Source: Candidatus Poribacteria bacterium
Lineage (GTDB): Bacteria; Poribacteria; WGA-4E; WGA-3G
DNA: 64,000 nucleotides
Direction of reading: 5' to 3'
Assembly (NCBI GenBank): GCA_963665235.2
Contig: CAXXLX010000001.1
Location: 1,920,001 to 1,984,000, forward strand
A program made the position numbers and the translations under genes. Positions within the stretch are counted from its first letter, which is position 1, and every line of letters begins with the position of its first letter. Below the pieces are notes generated by a model, which ran no database searches, was not told where the DNA came from, and saw only the letters and a program-made list of their open reading frames with translations. This document shows positions 36,633 through 47,611 of this stretch, one piece after another.

Positions 36633-39600
36633 CTATTTCCTTATCAACATTTTTCGTGTTGCGGTGAAGTCTCCTGCCGAGAGTGTGTAGAAATAGATAC
36701 CGCTTGCGACGCGTTCACCTTGTGTATTTTTACCATCCCAATAGGCTGCGCGGTTCCTACTATGATACAGTCCTGCAGTTTGATGTCCCAATGTCAGTGT
36801 CCGCACCAAGACACCATTCACAGAATAGATGTGCAGTTTCACCGCCGCAGGTTCCACTAACTGATACGGTATCCACGTCTCTGGATTGAACGGGTTCGGG
36901 TAGTTTGCCAAGAGAGTCGTCTCTTTCGGCAGTAAAAGGGCAAGTAGCTGCTCCAGTACCGCAATGCCGCGCAGATAGACAGGAGCTGTGAATGCCATTT
37001 GTCGCGCCTCTATCAGGAGGCGTTGTAGTTCTGCTACAGTGATACCTTCAAGAATTTTCAATGAGTGTAAAGAGGGAGAAGCCGCACGTTTTCCAAAGGC
37101 AGCAGCAACTAACACCAGGTCCCGAATATTGACGACACCATCCCCATTAACATCTGCCTCATTTTGCCCTGTCTGCCCGAACTGAGAGGAGACTACCACC
37201 AAATCTTGGATATTCACCACACCATCGCCATTGACATCTTCAGCGGAACGCTCGGGTTTTCTTGTAGCAATAGCAGTGAAAGTAACCACTGACCTTGTTA
37301 TTGCGGTAGCAGTTGTGGTGACAGTGTGCTTGCCGAGGACACCTCCCAGCGTAAGAAGCGTCTGTGCCTTACCGGTCACATCGGTTGTGGTTTTTGTAGT
37401 ACTAAGCTGACCACCGCCTGCAGTGACAGCAAAGACGACAGACACGCCATGCATCGGCTTACCCTTTGTATCCACTGCTTCCACTATGAACGGGGCTGCC
37501 AAAACTGTCTCCGACGAGCCTTCCTGCATATCACCTGATATTTTCAGAAGTGCTCGATGCGCGCGATTGTCAAAGATGACCTCAGCTCCGTTTGCTTGCA
37601 TCGTGGGAATATGTGTGTTGATAGTGGTGTAACTTAGCGGGTTGCTCCAAAGATTCAGCCAAGTCAAGTTAGTCAACGCTGACAGCACAGATATATCTGA
37701 AATGTTGTTCTTAACAAGATATAGTGAATCCAGGTGTGTCAATCCTGATAGCGCAGATATATCTGAAATGTTGTTGCTCCCAAGATTCAGTGAACGCAGG
37801 TGTGTCAATCCTGATAGCGCAGATATATCTGAAATGTTGTTGCTATAAAGAAACAGCGTACGCAGGTGTGTTAATCCTGATAGCGCAGATATATCTGAAA
37901 TGTTGTTGCTCCCAAGATTCAGCGTACGCAGGTATGTCAATCCTGATAGCGTAGACATATCAATATGGGCCCCGTCAAGATTCAGCGAACGCAGGTGTGT
38001 TAATCCTGATAGCGCAGATACATCCGATACTGTATTGCTGTTGACATTTCCCTCGCCCTGAATATACTCAGCTCCAAGGTTTAATATTGCCAGATTGTGT
38101 GCATGTTCAAGTCCGGTGGGGTCTGTTACCTCGCTATTGGGAACATTAAGTGCAAACAGGTTTAACATAGAGTGGGTTGTGATATCGCCAATCTCTCGCT
38201 GCACAGCCGCCGCTAAGTGTTTGTCTGGGATTGATATGGTCTCGGGAGGCGGTATTATGGAAGTAATATCAATTGGAAATTCCGGAGACCAATCTATGTT
38301 TCCATGCACATCGATTGTACGCAGCCATAGAGACTTGTTTTGCAGTGTCAAATCAGTAGTGACGAATTCGAAGATGCCGGACGAGTTGCCGGATTTACAG
38401 CCCAACAATGATCCACGATAATTAATTTCTTCTGTCAAAAGTTGGACTTGATGGATTCTATTAGGGTCGGTTATTTCGAAGCGGAGCCGGATGGCGTTAG
38501 GAGGAGAAGCGAGACTCGGCGGGAGCATTTTAAATTTTGGAAATTCAACGTGTTCAAGGCTCCGAGCAGGGTTGAAAGCACGGTGGGCATCTAACCACTC
38601 GGCAGCACAGAAAGAATTAAGCATCCTATCTTCTGAATATCTCCATACCCGTTCAGCTTTGTTTCTATAATCATGCATCAACCCAAAGGCGTGACCGAGT
38701 TCATGTGCAGCAGCGCCAATAGAAGAGACAGTAACGAGTGCTCTACCTCCGAACGAGCCCCAGTTCTCGCCTCGACCTGCGATGGTACTACAAGTATCGC
38801 AGCCGCCACTGTCAAGATATTCACTACTCATCTCTATCACAGTAACATAGATATTTTTAGATGTATCAAACTGTTTACCAATTTCTTCCCAGATATTCCA
38901 TGTATTGGATAAATTACTATAATGTGCATCAGTGAACTGTCCAACAAAATGATGTACCACTGCATTACCCCTTGCATCCATCTCAAATTGGAAAGTTTTT
39001 CTGCCAAATCCGTGTGCTTCCATCTGGTTGGCGTATAACTGCTGCGCGTCTTTTATTATTCTATCCATCTTTTCATCAATGTTCGGCTGAGGTTCACGGT
39101 CCCTGGGGAGGAAGTAGATGAGCCGCACGACGGGCCGAATGCCTTGGGCGTGACCGGGTTGTGCTAAAAATTTTGTCCAGAAACTGATGGAGCTGGTGTA
39201 TTCACCTGTTTTAGTGCCATCCTTTGCTGCTATGATGACTCCATAATTGGTGAACGGGCTCAGGCCCGTTAGTGTAATACTCGTCGTTGTGGTCTCAGCC
39301 GAAGCGTAGCTCACCGGCCGCTGACTTCGGTCTCGGTAAAGCACCGCGTACTTGTCAATGTTGTCCCTCGGTGCTGTCCAGCTAATAGTGGCAGCGTCAC
39401 TTTTTAGATCAGTGACAGTCACATTGGTAGGTGGAGCAATCAGCGTTGTGGTTTTCATAAGACTTGACCAGAACCCGGAATCATTTGTAGCGTTTGCTCG
39501 GACCCGAACCTGATAGGTAGTTTCCGATGTCACTTCCATGATCGTCCAAGTGGTGTCTGTCCCTGTGTGGATGGCATCCGTGAAATCGGTTGTGCCTTTC

Positions 39601-40097
39601 ACCCGGTATTGGACATCATACCCTGTAATCGTTAGATTCGTGGTAGGAGCTGTCCAATTCATTCGAATATAGGTGGAACTTGCGTAAAGAGATAGATTGG
39701 TAGGTGCCGGTGGTACAGCTTTGGTCGTGACAGAAAATGTCTGTGTAGCGGTTAAATTACCGGGGTCAGTGGCTGTGACGGTAATTGTTGCGGTGCCTGC
39801 TGCCACGGGGGTAATCGTTACCGTGCTACCTGAGACACTGACGGTTGCAATAGCGGTATTTGAGGAGTAAGCCGTGTAAGATAAGGCATCGCCATCGGGT
39901 TCGCTGAAGTAAGGACTCAAGCTAACTGTGGCGGCGGTTCCCCCCAAATTCAAGGTTTGGTTAGGGATTGTCCGCACAGTCGTTGGCGCATTGTTTTGTG
40001 GCGGGTTGTTTTGTGCCTCGGCAATTCCTGATATGCAAACGGAAACTGCTAAGAGCAGGACTATAAATAGGTTTAAGGTTGTAAATCGGTGTAACAT
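36633..40097 (-). CDS. Secreted multidomain protein: Ig/cadherin-like, 2x FN3, metzincin-type HExxH domain, internalin-like LRR, Big-1-like, dockerin, T9SS-like CTD
   Basis: HELGHAFGLMH; LxLxSNNISDISALSGLT repeats; DVNGDGVVNI x2; NYPNPFNPETWIPY..AAYWDG..TRKMLIRK. Confidence 0.85.
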   Translation of the reverse strand: MLHRFTTLNLFIVLLLAVSVCISGIAEAQNNPPQNNAPTTVRTIPNQTLNLGGTAATVSLSPYFSEPDGDALSYTAYSSNTAIATVSVSGSTVTITPVAAGTATITVTATDPGNLTATQTFSVTTKAVPPAPTNLSLYASSTYIRMNWTAPTTNLTITGYDVQYRVKGTTDFTDAIHTGTDTTWTIMEVTSETTYQVRVRANATNDSGFWSSLMKTTTLIAPPTNVTVTDLKSDAATISWTAPRDNIDKYAVLYRDRSQRPVSYASAETTTTSITLTGLSPFTNYGVIIAAKDGTKTGEYTSSISFWTKFLAQPGHAQGIRPVVRLIYFLPRDREPQPNIDEKMDRIIKDAQQLYANQMEAHGFGRKTFQFEMDARGNAVVHHFVGQFTDAHYSNLSNTWNIWEEIGKQFDTSKNIYVTVIEMSSEYLDSGGCDTCSTIAGRGENWGSFGGRALVTVSSIGAAAHELGHAFGLMHDYRNKAERVWRYSEDRMLNSFCAAEWLDAHRAFNPARSLEHVEFPKFKMLPPSLASPPNAIRLRFEITDPNRIHQVQLLTEEINYRGSLLGCKSGNSSGIFEFVTTDLTLQNKSLWLRTIDVHGNIDWSPEFPIDITSIIPPPETISIPDKHLAAAVQREIGDITTHSMLNLFALNVPNSEVTDPTGLEHAHNLAILNLGAEYIQGEGNVNSNTVSDVSALSGLTHLRSLNLDGAHIDMSTLSGLTYLRTLNLGSNNISDISALSGLTHLRTLFLYSNNISDISALSGLTHLRSLNLGSNNISDISALSGLTHLDSLYLVKNNISDISVLSALTNLTWLNLWSNPLSYTTINTHIPTMQANGAEVIFDNRAHRALLKISGDMQEGSSETVLAAPFIVEAVDTKGKPMHGVSVVFAVTAGGGQLSTTKTTTDVTGKAQTLLTLGGVLGKHTVTTTATAITRSVVTFTAIATRKPERSAEDVNGDGVVNIQDLVVVSSQFGQTGQNEADVNGDGVVNIRDLVLVAAAFGKRAASPSLHSLKILEGITVAELQRLLIEARQMAFTAPVYLRGIAVLEQLLALLLPKETTLLANYPNPFNPETWIPYQLVEPAAVKLHIYSVNGVLVRTLTLGHQTAGLYHSRNRAAYWDGKNTQGERVASGIYFYTLSAGDFTATRKMLIRK
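37670..38030 (-). repeat. 66-nt near-identical tandem repeats encoding 22-aa LRRs
   Basis: aatcctgatagcgcagatatatctgaaatgttgttgct recurring at a 66-nt period. Confidence 0.85.
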
Positions 40098-40108
40098 CTT
40101 TTTTCCCT

Positions 40109-42976
40109 TTAATAGTTATCCAATGGTGGACAGGCACATAAAAGGTTTCTATCCCCGTGTACCTCGTTAATGCGTGCAACCGGAGGCCAAAATTTTGTTT
40201 GACGCACCCACGGTTTTGGAAATACGGCTTTTTCTCGTGTATAGGCGTGGGGCCAGTCGGTTTGTGTGGCCATTTCCACAGTATGCGGTGCGTTTTTCAG
40301 CACGTTGTTTTGCCAATCCACGGCACCTGTCTCAATCTCGGCTATCTCTTCACGTATAGAGACAAGCGCGTTGCAGAAACGTTCTAATTCTGCCCTGGAT
40401 TCGCTTTCCGTAGGTTCAATCATCATTGTTCCGAGGACAGGCCAGGATATAGTCGGTGCATGGAAACCGTAGTCCATGAGCCGTTTCGCCACATCGGTTA
40501 CGTCTATATTTGCACTCTTCTTAAAACTACGGAGGTCGATGATGCATTCATGGGCTATCATCCCATTTTTGCCTGTATATAGGATAGCATAGTGAGGTGC
40601 CAGCCGCTTGGCAATATAGTTCGCGTTAAGAATAGCGACCTCTGTTGCGGCTTTAAGCCCTTCTGCACCCATCATTGCGATGTATGCCCAGGAGATAGGG
40701 AGAATCCCCGGACTCCCCCACGGTGCCGCGGATACGGGCCCAATTCCATTCACCCCGCCAGTGCTGACAATCGGATGTGTCGGTAAGAAATCGGTTAAAT
40801 GCGCCTTGACACCGATGGGGCCCATCCCTGGACCACCCCCACCGTGCGGAATACAGAATGTTTTGTGAAGATTCAGATGGCAGACATCCGCACCGAGGTC
40901 AGCAGGCTGGCTCAATCCGACAAGCGCATTGAGGTTCGCACCGTCCATGTAAACCTGTCCGCCGTAGTCATGAACGATGTTGCATATCTCGCGGATGTGT
41001 TCTTCAAACACGCCGTGTGTTGAAGGGTAGGTCACCATCATAGCGGCGAGCGTTTCGCGATAGGTTTCGGCTTTCTCGCGTAAGTCGTCAAGGGCGATAT
41101 TGCCTTCCGTGTCGCATGCTACAACAATCACTTCCATGCCTGCCATGACTGCGCTCGCAGGGTTTGTGCCGTGGGCGGATGTCGGAATTAAACAGACGTT
41201 GCGGTGTGCTTCGTTTCGACTTTGATGGTATTTACGGATAATTAGCAACCCCGCATATTCCCCTTGTGACCCCGCATTCGGTTGCAGTGAGATGCCGCTA
41301 TAGCCGGTTATTTTTGCTAACCACGTCTCTAATTGTTCAAATAACGTGTGATAACCCTGTGCTTGTTCACTTGGGACGAACGGGTGAAGACCGCTAAACG
41401 GTTCCCATGTGACCGGCACCATTTCTGCTGTTGCATTGAGTTTCATCGTGCAAGAGCCGAGCGGTATCATCGCGTTGACGAGGGAGAGGTCTTTCCTTTG
41501 AAGCCTGTGGATATACCTGAGCATCTCCGTTTCGGAATGATAACTATTGAAAACAGGATGAGTAAGGCACGGTGTTTTTCGCTGTAATGCTGCAGGAATT
41601 TCCACAGGCGATGCGTCATTGCTGCCAGTGGCATTTGCTGCAAAGAGTTGAATTAGCTCTTCAACATGGGCTGACGTGGTTGTTTCGTCAAGCGATATGC
41701 CGATGTGCGTTGCATCGATAGCGCGGAGGTTTATCTGTTTTCGCCGAGCAGCCGTCAGCAATTTTTCTACACCTTCTGAACCGACATCGACACAAAGTGT
41801 ATCAAAACAGGGGGCATCGCCTGTGTTATAGCCGAATCTCTCAAGTCCCGCACGTAGGGTGCAGGTAAGCGTCCGAACGCGTTCGGCAATCCTTTTAAGT
41901 CCTATAGGCCCGTGATAGACAGCATACATGCCCGCCATAACAGCGAGGAGCACTTGGGCGGTGCATATATTGCTTGTCGCTTTTTCACGTCGGATATGTT
42001 GTTCGCGTGTTTGGAGTGCCAATCGGATAGCAGGTTCACCGTTAACATCGTGGGAGACACCTGTGATGCGTCCGGGCATCTTCCGTTTCAGTTCTTCGCG
42101 TGTGGAGAGGAATGCCGCATGGGGGCCGCCATACCCAAGCGGAACCCCAAACCGTTGGGAGTTGCCGATGACGATGTCTGCACCAAATTCGCCTGGCGGT
42201 TTCAAGAGCATCAGTGCTAAAAGGTCTGTGGCAGTAATGAACAAGCCGCCAGCAGCGTATACCTGTTCAGCAAATTGACGATAATCGTAGATTGCGCCAT
42301 CTGTCGCTGGATATTGCACAATCGCGCCTAAGATAGGTTTATCAAAATGCGTTTTTCTGTGGTCTCCGATATGCAATTTAATGCCGAGAGGTTCGGCCCG
42401 GGTTTGTAAAACCGCAATTGTTTGCGGATGACAGGTTTCTGAAACGAAAAAGTTGTACCACTCCTTCTGCGTTGAATTTCCTATACACATTGTCATCGCT
42501 TCAGCGGCAGCTGTCCCCTCATCAAGCAGGGAGGCATTAGCAATAGGGAGGCCGGTTAAATCTATAACCATTGTTTGGAAATTTAGCAGTGCCTCTAAAC
42601 GTCCCTGTGAAATTTCGGCTTGATAGGGGGTGTATTGGGTATACCAACCCGGATTTTCAAGGATATTTCTTTGGATGACCGGCGGCACAAAGCAGTTATA
42701 ATACCCCATTCCGATATAGGACCGGTAAACTCGGTTTTGCGAAGCGAGCTGCTTTAATGCGTCAAGTGCTTCGGGCTCTGAAAGACCTTGTTGGCAGGCA
42801 GTTTTCTCATCAATATCCAAATTGAGCGGTGATGCTGAACGGATATCTGCGGGTACAACGTCCTCAATGAAATCTGCCATTGAATCGTAACCGAGTGTGT
42901 CCAGCATCTGTTCAATGTCTTTAGCACGGGGGCCGATATGTCGCGCTGCAAAGTTCAACTTTTCTGTTTCAAGCAT
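40109..42976 (-). CDS. gcvP: Glycine dehydrogenase (single-chain P protein)
   Basis: [35 protein letters not shown] site; start moved to ATG 42976. Confidence 0.97.
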   Translation of the reverse strand: MLETEKLNFAARHIGPRAKDIEQMLDTLGYDSMADFIEDVVPADIRSASPLNLDIDEKTACQQGLSEPEALDALKQLASQNRVYRSYIGMGYYNCFVPPVIQRNILENPGWYTQYTPYQAEISQGRLEALLNFQTMVIDLTGLPIANASLLDEGTAAAEAMTMCIGNSTQKEWYNFFVSETCHPQTIAVLQTRAEPLGIKLHIGDHRKTHFDKPILGAIVQYPATDGAIYDYRQFAEQVYAAGGLFITATDLLALMLLKPPGEFGADIVIGNSQRFGVPLGYGGPHAAFLSTREELKRKMPGRITGVSHDVNGEPAIRLALQTREQHIRREKATSNICTAQVLLAVMAGMYAVYHGPIGLKRIAERVRTLTCTLRAGLERFGYNTGDAPCFDTLCVDVGSEGVEKLLTAARRKQINLRAIDATHIGISLDETTTSAHVEELIQLFAANATGSNDASPVEIPAALQRKTPCLTHPVFNSYHSETEMLRYIHRLQRKDLSLVNAMIPLGSCTMKLNATAEMVPVTWEPFSGLHPFVPSEQAQGYHTLFEQLETWLAKITGYSGISLQPNAGSQGEYAGLLIIRKYHQSRNEAHRNVCLIPTSAHGTNPASAVMAGMEVIVVACDTEGNIALDDLREKAETYRETLAAMMVTYPSTHGVFEEHIREICNIVHDYGGQVYMDGANLNALVGLSQPADLGADVCHLNLHKTFCIPHGGGGPGMGPIGVKAHLTDFLPTHPIVSTGGVNGIGPVSAAPWGSPGILPISWAYIAMMGAEGLKAATEVAILNANYIAKRLAPHYAILYTGKNGMIAHECIIDLRSFKKSANIDVTDVAKRLMDYGFHAPTISWPVLGTMMIEPTESESRAELERFCNALVSIREEIAEIETGAVDWQNNVLKNAPHTVEMATQTDWPHAYTREKAVFPKPWVRQTKFWPPVARINEVHGDRNLLCACPPLDNY

Positions 42977-43355
42977 GCTCCGCCTCAATATACGTTTGAT
43001 AACCGTCAGCATCGAGAAGTGTGTCAAGTTCGCCGGGGTCAGTCATTCTGATTTTGAGAAACCACCCATCGTCGTAAGGGGATTCATTGACCTGTTCAGG
43101 TGCGTCCAGCAGCGATTCGTTGACATCAATCACTTCACCACTGACAGGTGCGTAGAGGTCAAACGCTGCTTTGACAGATTCTATCACCCCAAACTCTGTT
43201 TTATGTGTTAATTGGGTGCCCACTTCCGGCAATTCGACGAAGACAATGTCCTGAATTTCGGATTGGGCATAGTCTGTAATGCCGATAGTGGCGATGTCGT
43301 CATCTTGACGCACCCATTCATGACTTTCCGTGTATTTTAAATTATCTGGAATCAT
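42969..43355 (-). CDS. gcvH: Glycine cleavage H protein
   Basis: HEWV, GITDYAQ, ESVKA lipoyl lysine. Confidence 0.97.
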   Translation of the reverse strand: MIPDNLKYTESHEWVRQDDDIATIGITDYAQSEIQDIVFVELPEVGTQLTHKTEFGVIESVKAAFDLYAPVSGEVIDVNESLLDAPEQVNESPYDDGWFLKIRMTDPGELDTLLDADGYQTYIEAEHA

Positions 43356-46300
43356 TCCGTTTTCCCTTTCGAGTTTAACATTTTTGCCTTTTCAAAATCA
43401 ACTTTCGCTGCGTCAGGCTGCCCAAGTGCTTCCTTCGCCAGTCCACGATTGTTATAGATTTTAGCATATTTTGGGTTAAGTTCAATCGCTTTATCGTAGT
43501 CTTCAATTGCATCAGCATAGTCACCGAATTTGTGCTGGACATCACCCCGGCCTTTATAAGCTAAGGAAATTTGAATAGGGTTGTCAGAACTAACCTTTAT
43601 AGCCTGCTTGTAATCATCTATGGCACCTGTATAGTCACCCATGTCAGCTTTTGTACGCCCACGATTCCTATAAGCGTCAGGATCGTCGGGTTTGAGTTTT
43701 ATAGCGTGATTATAGTCTTCAATCGCACCAGCATAGTCCTTGAGAGCAGCTTTTGTACGCCCACGATTATTGTAAGCATAGGCAGATTCAGGTTCTAGTT
43801 TTATAACCTGGTTATAGTCTTCAAGTGCACCAGCATAGTCCCCAAGACTTTTTCTTACGAACGCTCGATTATAGTATCCGGCGGTGTCGTTAGGTTTTAA
43901 TTCTATCACTTGTGTCCAATCCTCTATAGCCCCCGCATGATCGCCAAGATCGAGCTTTGCCCAACCGCGCTCGCCGTATGCATAAGCGTCGTTAGGTTTT
44001 AGTTTGATGGCTTGTGTCCAATCATCTATAGCACCCTTATGGTCGCCAATATGTTTTTTCACCCAAGCCCGCCTGTTGTATCCGGTGGTGTCGTCAGGTT
44101 TGAGTTTGATGACCTGTGTATAGTCCTCTATTGCTCCGATATGGTCGTCAAGTGCCTCCTTCGCAGCACCGCGACTTTCATATCCATAGGTATCGTTAGG
44201 TTTTAGTTTTATTGTGTGTGTGAAATCTTCTATTGCACCCGCATGGTCGCCAAGGTCGGCCTTTGCCCTTCCCCTATACGCGTAGATTTCTGTATCATTG
44301 GGTTTCAGTTTGAGGACTTGATTATAGTCCTCAATTGCCCCCTTAAGATCGCCAGAGTCGGCTTTCACTTGCGCTCTAAACCTGTAGGTTTCAGCGTTGT
44401 CGGGGTTAAGTTCAATCGCTTGATTGAAGTCGTCTATTGCCCCTTTAGCATCTCCAGCAAAGTATTTCACTCTGCCTTTTTTGGTGTAGAGATGTGCTTG
44501 GAAAAGTTTTCCCTTCCGCCATTGCTCCAGAGATTCCGTTGAAGCGGCACCAGCAAGCAACGCCTTGATTGCGTTTACAGGACTATTGCCAGGGTCATGG
44601 CCATAGTGGATTCCGATGACTTCTCCTTTACTGTTTAGCACGGGACTGCCACTGTTCCCTGGATAAGCTTCCACTGTTGTTTGGAACTGTTCATCGCTAT
44701 TTCTTATTTTTTCAACAACGCCTTTCGTCACCTTGTATCTATCCTCCGGAGCAGGGAATCCCGCAAGAGAAATAGGCTCACCGAGCTGGAGTTTATCACT
44801 GTTCCCCAAAGGCAGTGGGATGCCTTTGCCTTTCACTTTTAGGATGGCGATGTCGTACTCAATATCAAATGCTACAACACCTTCCACGGACCAGATTGTT
44901 TCTTTATGACCTAATTTAGCGGTAATTGGGCCGGTCGTGCAGTTTTCGATAACATGAAAGTTCGTTGCAATCTTATCTGGTGCTACAAAGAATCCTGTCC
45001 CACCTACCCCAAACCCACTTAAATGGACTGTAGACTCTTTTACCTTGTCAGTTTTTAAGTTCATTTTTCCTACCTCCGGATCTATCTCTTTTGCTTTTTC
45101 AAAATCAGCTTTCGCGGCTTCATGTTGCCCAAGTGCTTCCTTTGCCAGTCCACGATTGTAGTATGCCTTAGCATATTTGGGGTTGAGTTCAATTGCCTTA
45201 TCGTAATCAGCAATAGCATCGGCATAATTACCGAGTGTTGCCTTGAGCTGCCCACGTTCGTTATAGTAATAGTAATGGCCCGATAACGGGGCAAATTCAA
45301 TTACTTTATCGTAGTCCTGAATTGCGCTTGCATAATCACCAAGTTGAGTCTTCGCTCTGCCGCGGTAGTCATAAGCTACGAAGTCTTCAGGATTAATTTC
45401 TATTGCGCGATTATAGTCTTCGATGCCGGCTGTTATGTTGCCCGCGTCAACTTTCGCTAGGCCGCGCCGATTGTAAGCGTAGGTATCGTTGGGTTTTAGT
45501 TTTATTGCCTTGTTGAAGTCTTTAATTGCATCCGCATAGTCACCAAGGGCACTCTTTACAGACCCGCGGTAGATATAGGCGTAGGTATTTTCGGAATCAA
45601 GTTTTATTGCCTTGTTAAAGTCTTCAATTGCATCCGCATAATCCTGAAGATTATAAAATTTTATCAGCCCGCGCTGATTGTAAGCATTTGCGTTATCAGG
45701 GTTAATTTTTATAGCTTGATTATAGTCTTCAATTGCGCCAGCATAGTCCTCAAGAGATGTCTTTGCACCCGCCCGAGTGATATAAGCGTCAGCGTCGTCA
45801 GGTTTTAATTTTATGACCTGTGTCCAATCCTCTATTGCGCCAGCGTAGTCCTCAAGAGATGTCTTTGCACCCGCCCGAGTGATATAAGCGGCGGCGTCGT
45901 CAGGTTTTAATTTTATGACCTGTGTAAAATCGTCTATTGCACCCGCATGGTCGCCAATACGTTTCTTTGCCCACCCACGATTATTATATGTATTGGCATC
46001 GTCAGGTTTGAGTTTTATGGCTTGATTATAATCATCTATCGCACCTGCGTAGTCATCAAGTGCCTGCTTCGCAGCAGCGCGGTTTCTGTATCCGTAGGCA
46101 TGGTTAGGTTTGAGTTTTATGGCGTGTGTAAAATCTTCTATCGCACCCGCATGGTCGTCAATTTCTCTTTTTGCCCACCCGCGATTGTTGTATCCGTAGG
46201 CATCATTAGGTTTGAGTTTTATGGCGTGTGTAAAATCTTCTATCGCACCCGCATAATCACTAAGATGTTTTTTCACCCACCCACGCTCGTTGTATGTATT

Positions 46301-47581
46301 AGCGTTATCAGGTTTGAGTTTTATGGCGTGTGTAAAATCTTCTATCGCACCCGCATGATTGCCAATGGATTTTTTCATCCGCGCGAGCTCTTTATACATA
46401 TCGGCATCAGGTTTGCGTTGGACGGCCTGTGAATAGTCTTCTATTTTCCCAGCCTTATCTCCAAGCTTTCCTTTTGCATCTCCGCGTTTTTTATAGGCAT
46501 CAGCATCATCGGGGTCAAGCCTAATGACTTCAGTATAGTCCGCTATCGCTGCCTCATAGTTTTCAAGTTTGCGATTTGCCTCTCCGCGTTGTTTGTATAC
46601 TGCAACGTTGTCAGGTTCAAGTTTGATGATTTCAGTAAAATCGTCTATTGCGCCCTCATAGTCTTCAACGTGAGTTTTTGCCTCGCCACGGGCACCATAG
46701 GCTCGGATATCCTCCGGGTCGAGTTTTATTGCCTGATCATAGTCTGCCATTGCATCATCATGGTTGCCGAGGGCATCCTTCGTATAACCGCGACCAATGA
46801 AATAGATGTTATCCTCAGGGTTTAGTTGAATAGCCTTATCTAGGTGTTCTATTGCTTCGTTATACGCCTCGGCATAATATTTCATTTGGGCAAGATTATA
46901 ATAGTGGTCAGCCCGGATAACTTTTCGCTTATGCCACTGCTGCAAAGCTTCCATTTCAGTTTCAGCGAGTAATGTTTTGAGTGTGTCCGAAGGAATAGCA
47001 TAACTGAAAGAAAGAAAACGCGCGCCCATCACGCCGATAACCTCCCCTTTTCTGTTTAGTAAAGGCCCCCCGCTGTTTCCCCCAACAACATCTATTGTCG
47101 TTCTAAACCATCTATTTTTTTCCCAAATACTGTGTATCGTTCCCTCGGTTACGCTGTATTTCCCATCCGGAAATCCTACCGTGGCGACAAGCTCACCAAT
47201 CTGAACTTTATCACTGTCACCGAGAGGAAGCGGCGTACCTTCACCCGCAATTTTTAGGACGACAAGGTCATTCTCGATATCAAACGCGGTTACACCTTCA
47301 ATTCCCCAGACCGTCTTTTTGTCAATCAGTTTTGCGAAATAGAGCCCCGGTTGTGAAACAACGTGAACATTGGTTGCAATTTTATCTTTGTCTACAAAGA
47401 AACCGGTCCCAATGCCAAGGCCCGAAAGGGTCCCGCCGACTATGCGCACTGTAGATTCTTTTGCGTTATCGGATATTAAGTCGGTTTCTGTTGGTTTTTC
47501 GGCAGTTTCTTGTGCATAAGAGAGTGAGAGGAATACCATCAGCACCAAGAAACAAAATAAAAATTTTGTGTAATGTCTCAT
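43352..47581 (-). CDS. Secreted tandem (trypsin-like serine protease + TPR array) x2 protein
   Basis: Signal peptide; TNVHV/DLVVL/GNSGGP and TNFHV/DIAIL/GNSGSP triads; many 34-aa TPRs; start ATG 47581 after GGAGGT. Confidence 0.9.
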   Translation of the reverse strand: MRHYTKFLFCFLVLMVFLSLSYAQETAEKPTETDLISDNAKESTVRIVGGTLSGLGIGTGFFVDKDKIATNVHVVSQPGLYFAKLIDKKTVWGIEGVTAFDIENDLVVLKIAGEGTPLPLGDSDKVQIGELVATVGFPDGKYSVTEGTIHSIWEKNRWFRTTIDVVGGNSGGPLLNRKGEVIGVMGARFLSFSYAIPSDTLKTLLAETEMEALQQWHKRKVIRADHYYNLAQMKYYAEAYNEAIEHLDKAIQLNPEDNIYFIGRGYTKDALGNHDDAMADYDQAIKLDPEDIRAYGARGEAKTHVEDYEGAIDDFTEIIKLEPDNVAVYKQRGEANRKLENYEAAIADYTEVIRLDPDDADAYKKRGDAKGKLGDKAGKIEDYSQAVQRKPDADMYKELARMKKSIGNHAGAIEDFTHAIKLKPDNANTYNERGWVKKHLSDYAGAIEDFTHAIKLKPNDAYGYNNRGWAKREIDDHAGAIEDFTHAIKLKPNHAYGYRNRAAAKQALDDYAGAIDDYNQAIKLKPDDANTYNNRGWAKKRIGDHAGAIDDFTQVIKLKPDDAAAYITRAGAKTSLEDYAGAIEDWTQVIKLKPDDADAYITRAGAKTSLEDYAGAIEDYNQAIKINPDNANAYNQRGLIKFYNLQDYADAIEDFNKAIKLDSENTYAYIYRGSVKSALGDYADAIKDFNKAIKLKPNDTYAYNRRGLAKVDAGNITAGIEDYNRAIEINPEDFVAYDYRGRAKTQLGDYASAIQDYDKVIEFAPLSGHYYYYNERGQLKATLGNYADAIADYDKAIELNPKYAKAYYNRGLAKEALGQHEAAKADFEKAKEIDPEVGKMNLKTDKVKESTVHLSGFGVGGTGFFVAPDKIATNFHVIENCTTGPITAKLGHKETIWSVEGVVAFDIEYDIAILKVKGKGIPLPLGNSDKLQLGEPISLAGFPAPEDRYKVTKGVVEKIRNSDEQFQTTVEAYPGNSGSPVLNSKGEVIGIHYGHDPGNSPVNAIKALLAGAASTESLEQWRKGKLFQAHLYTKKGRVKYFAGDAKGAIDDFNQAIELNPDNAETYRFRAQVKADSGDLKGAIEDYNQVLKLKPNDTEIYAYRGRAKADLGDHAGAIEDFTHTIKLKPNDTYGYESRGAAKEALDDHIGAIEDYTQVIKLKPDDTTGYNRRAWVKKHIGDHKGAIDDWTQAIKLKPNDAYAYGERGWAKLDLGDHAGAIEDWTQVIELKPNDTAGYYNRAFVRKSLGDYAGALEDYNQVIKLEPESAYAYNNRGRTKAALKDYAGAIEDYNHAIKLKPDDPDAYRNRGRTKADMGDYTGAIDDYKQAIKVSSDNPIQISLAYKGRGDVQHKFGDYADAIEDYDKAIELNPKYAKIYNNRGLAKEALGQPDAAKVDFEKAKMLNSKGKTE
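45730..46360 (-). repeat. 102-nt near-identical TPR-coding repeats
   Basis: tttgagttttatggcgtgtgtaaaatcttctatcgcacccgcat x3 and gtcctcaagagatgtctttgcacccgcccgagtgatataagcg x2 at a 102-nt period. Confidence 0.85.
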
Positions 47582-47611
47582 TTTCATTACCTCCAAAAGT
47601 TGCTGTTATTT

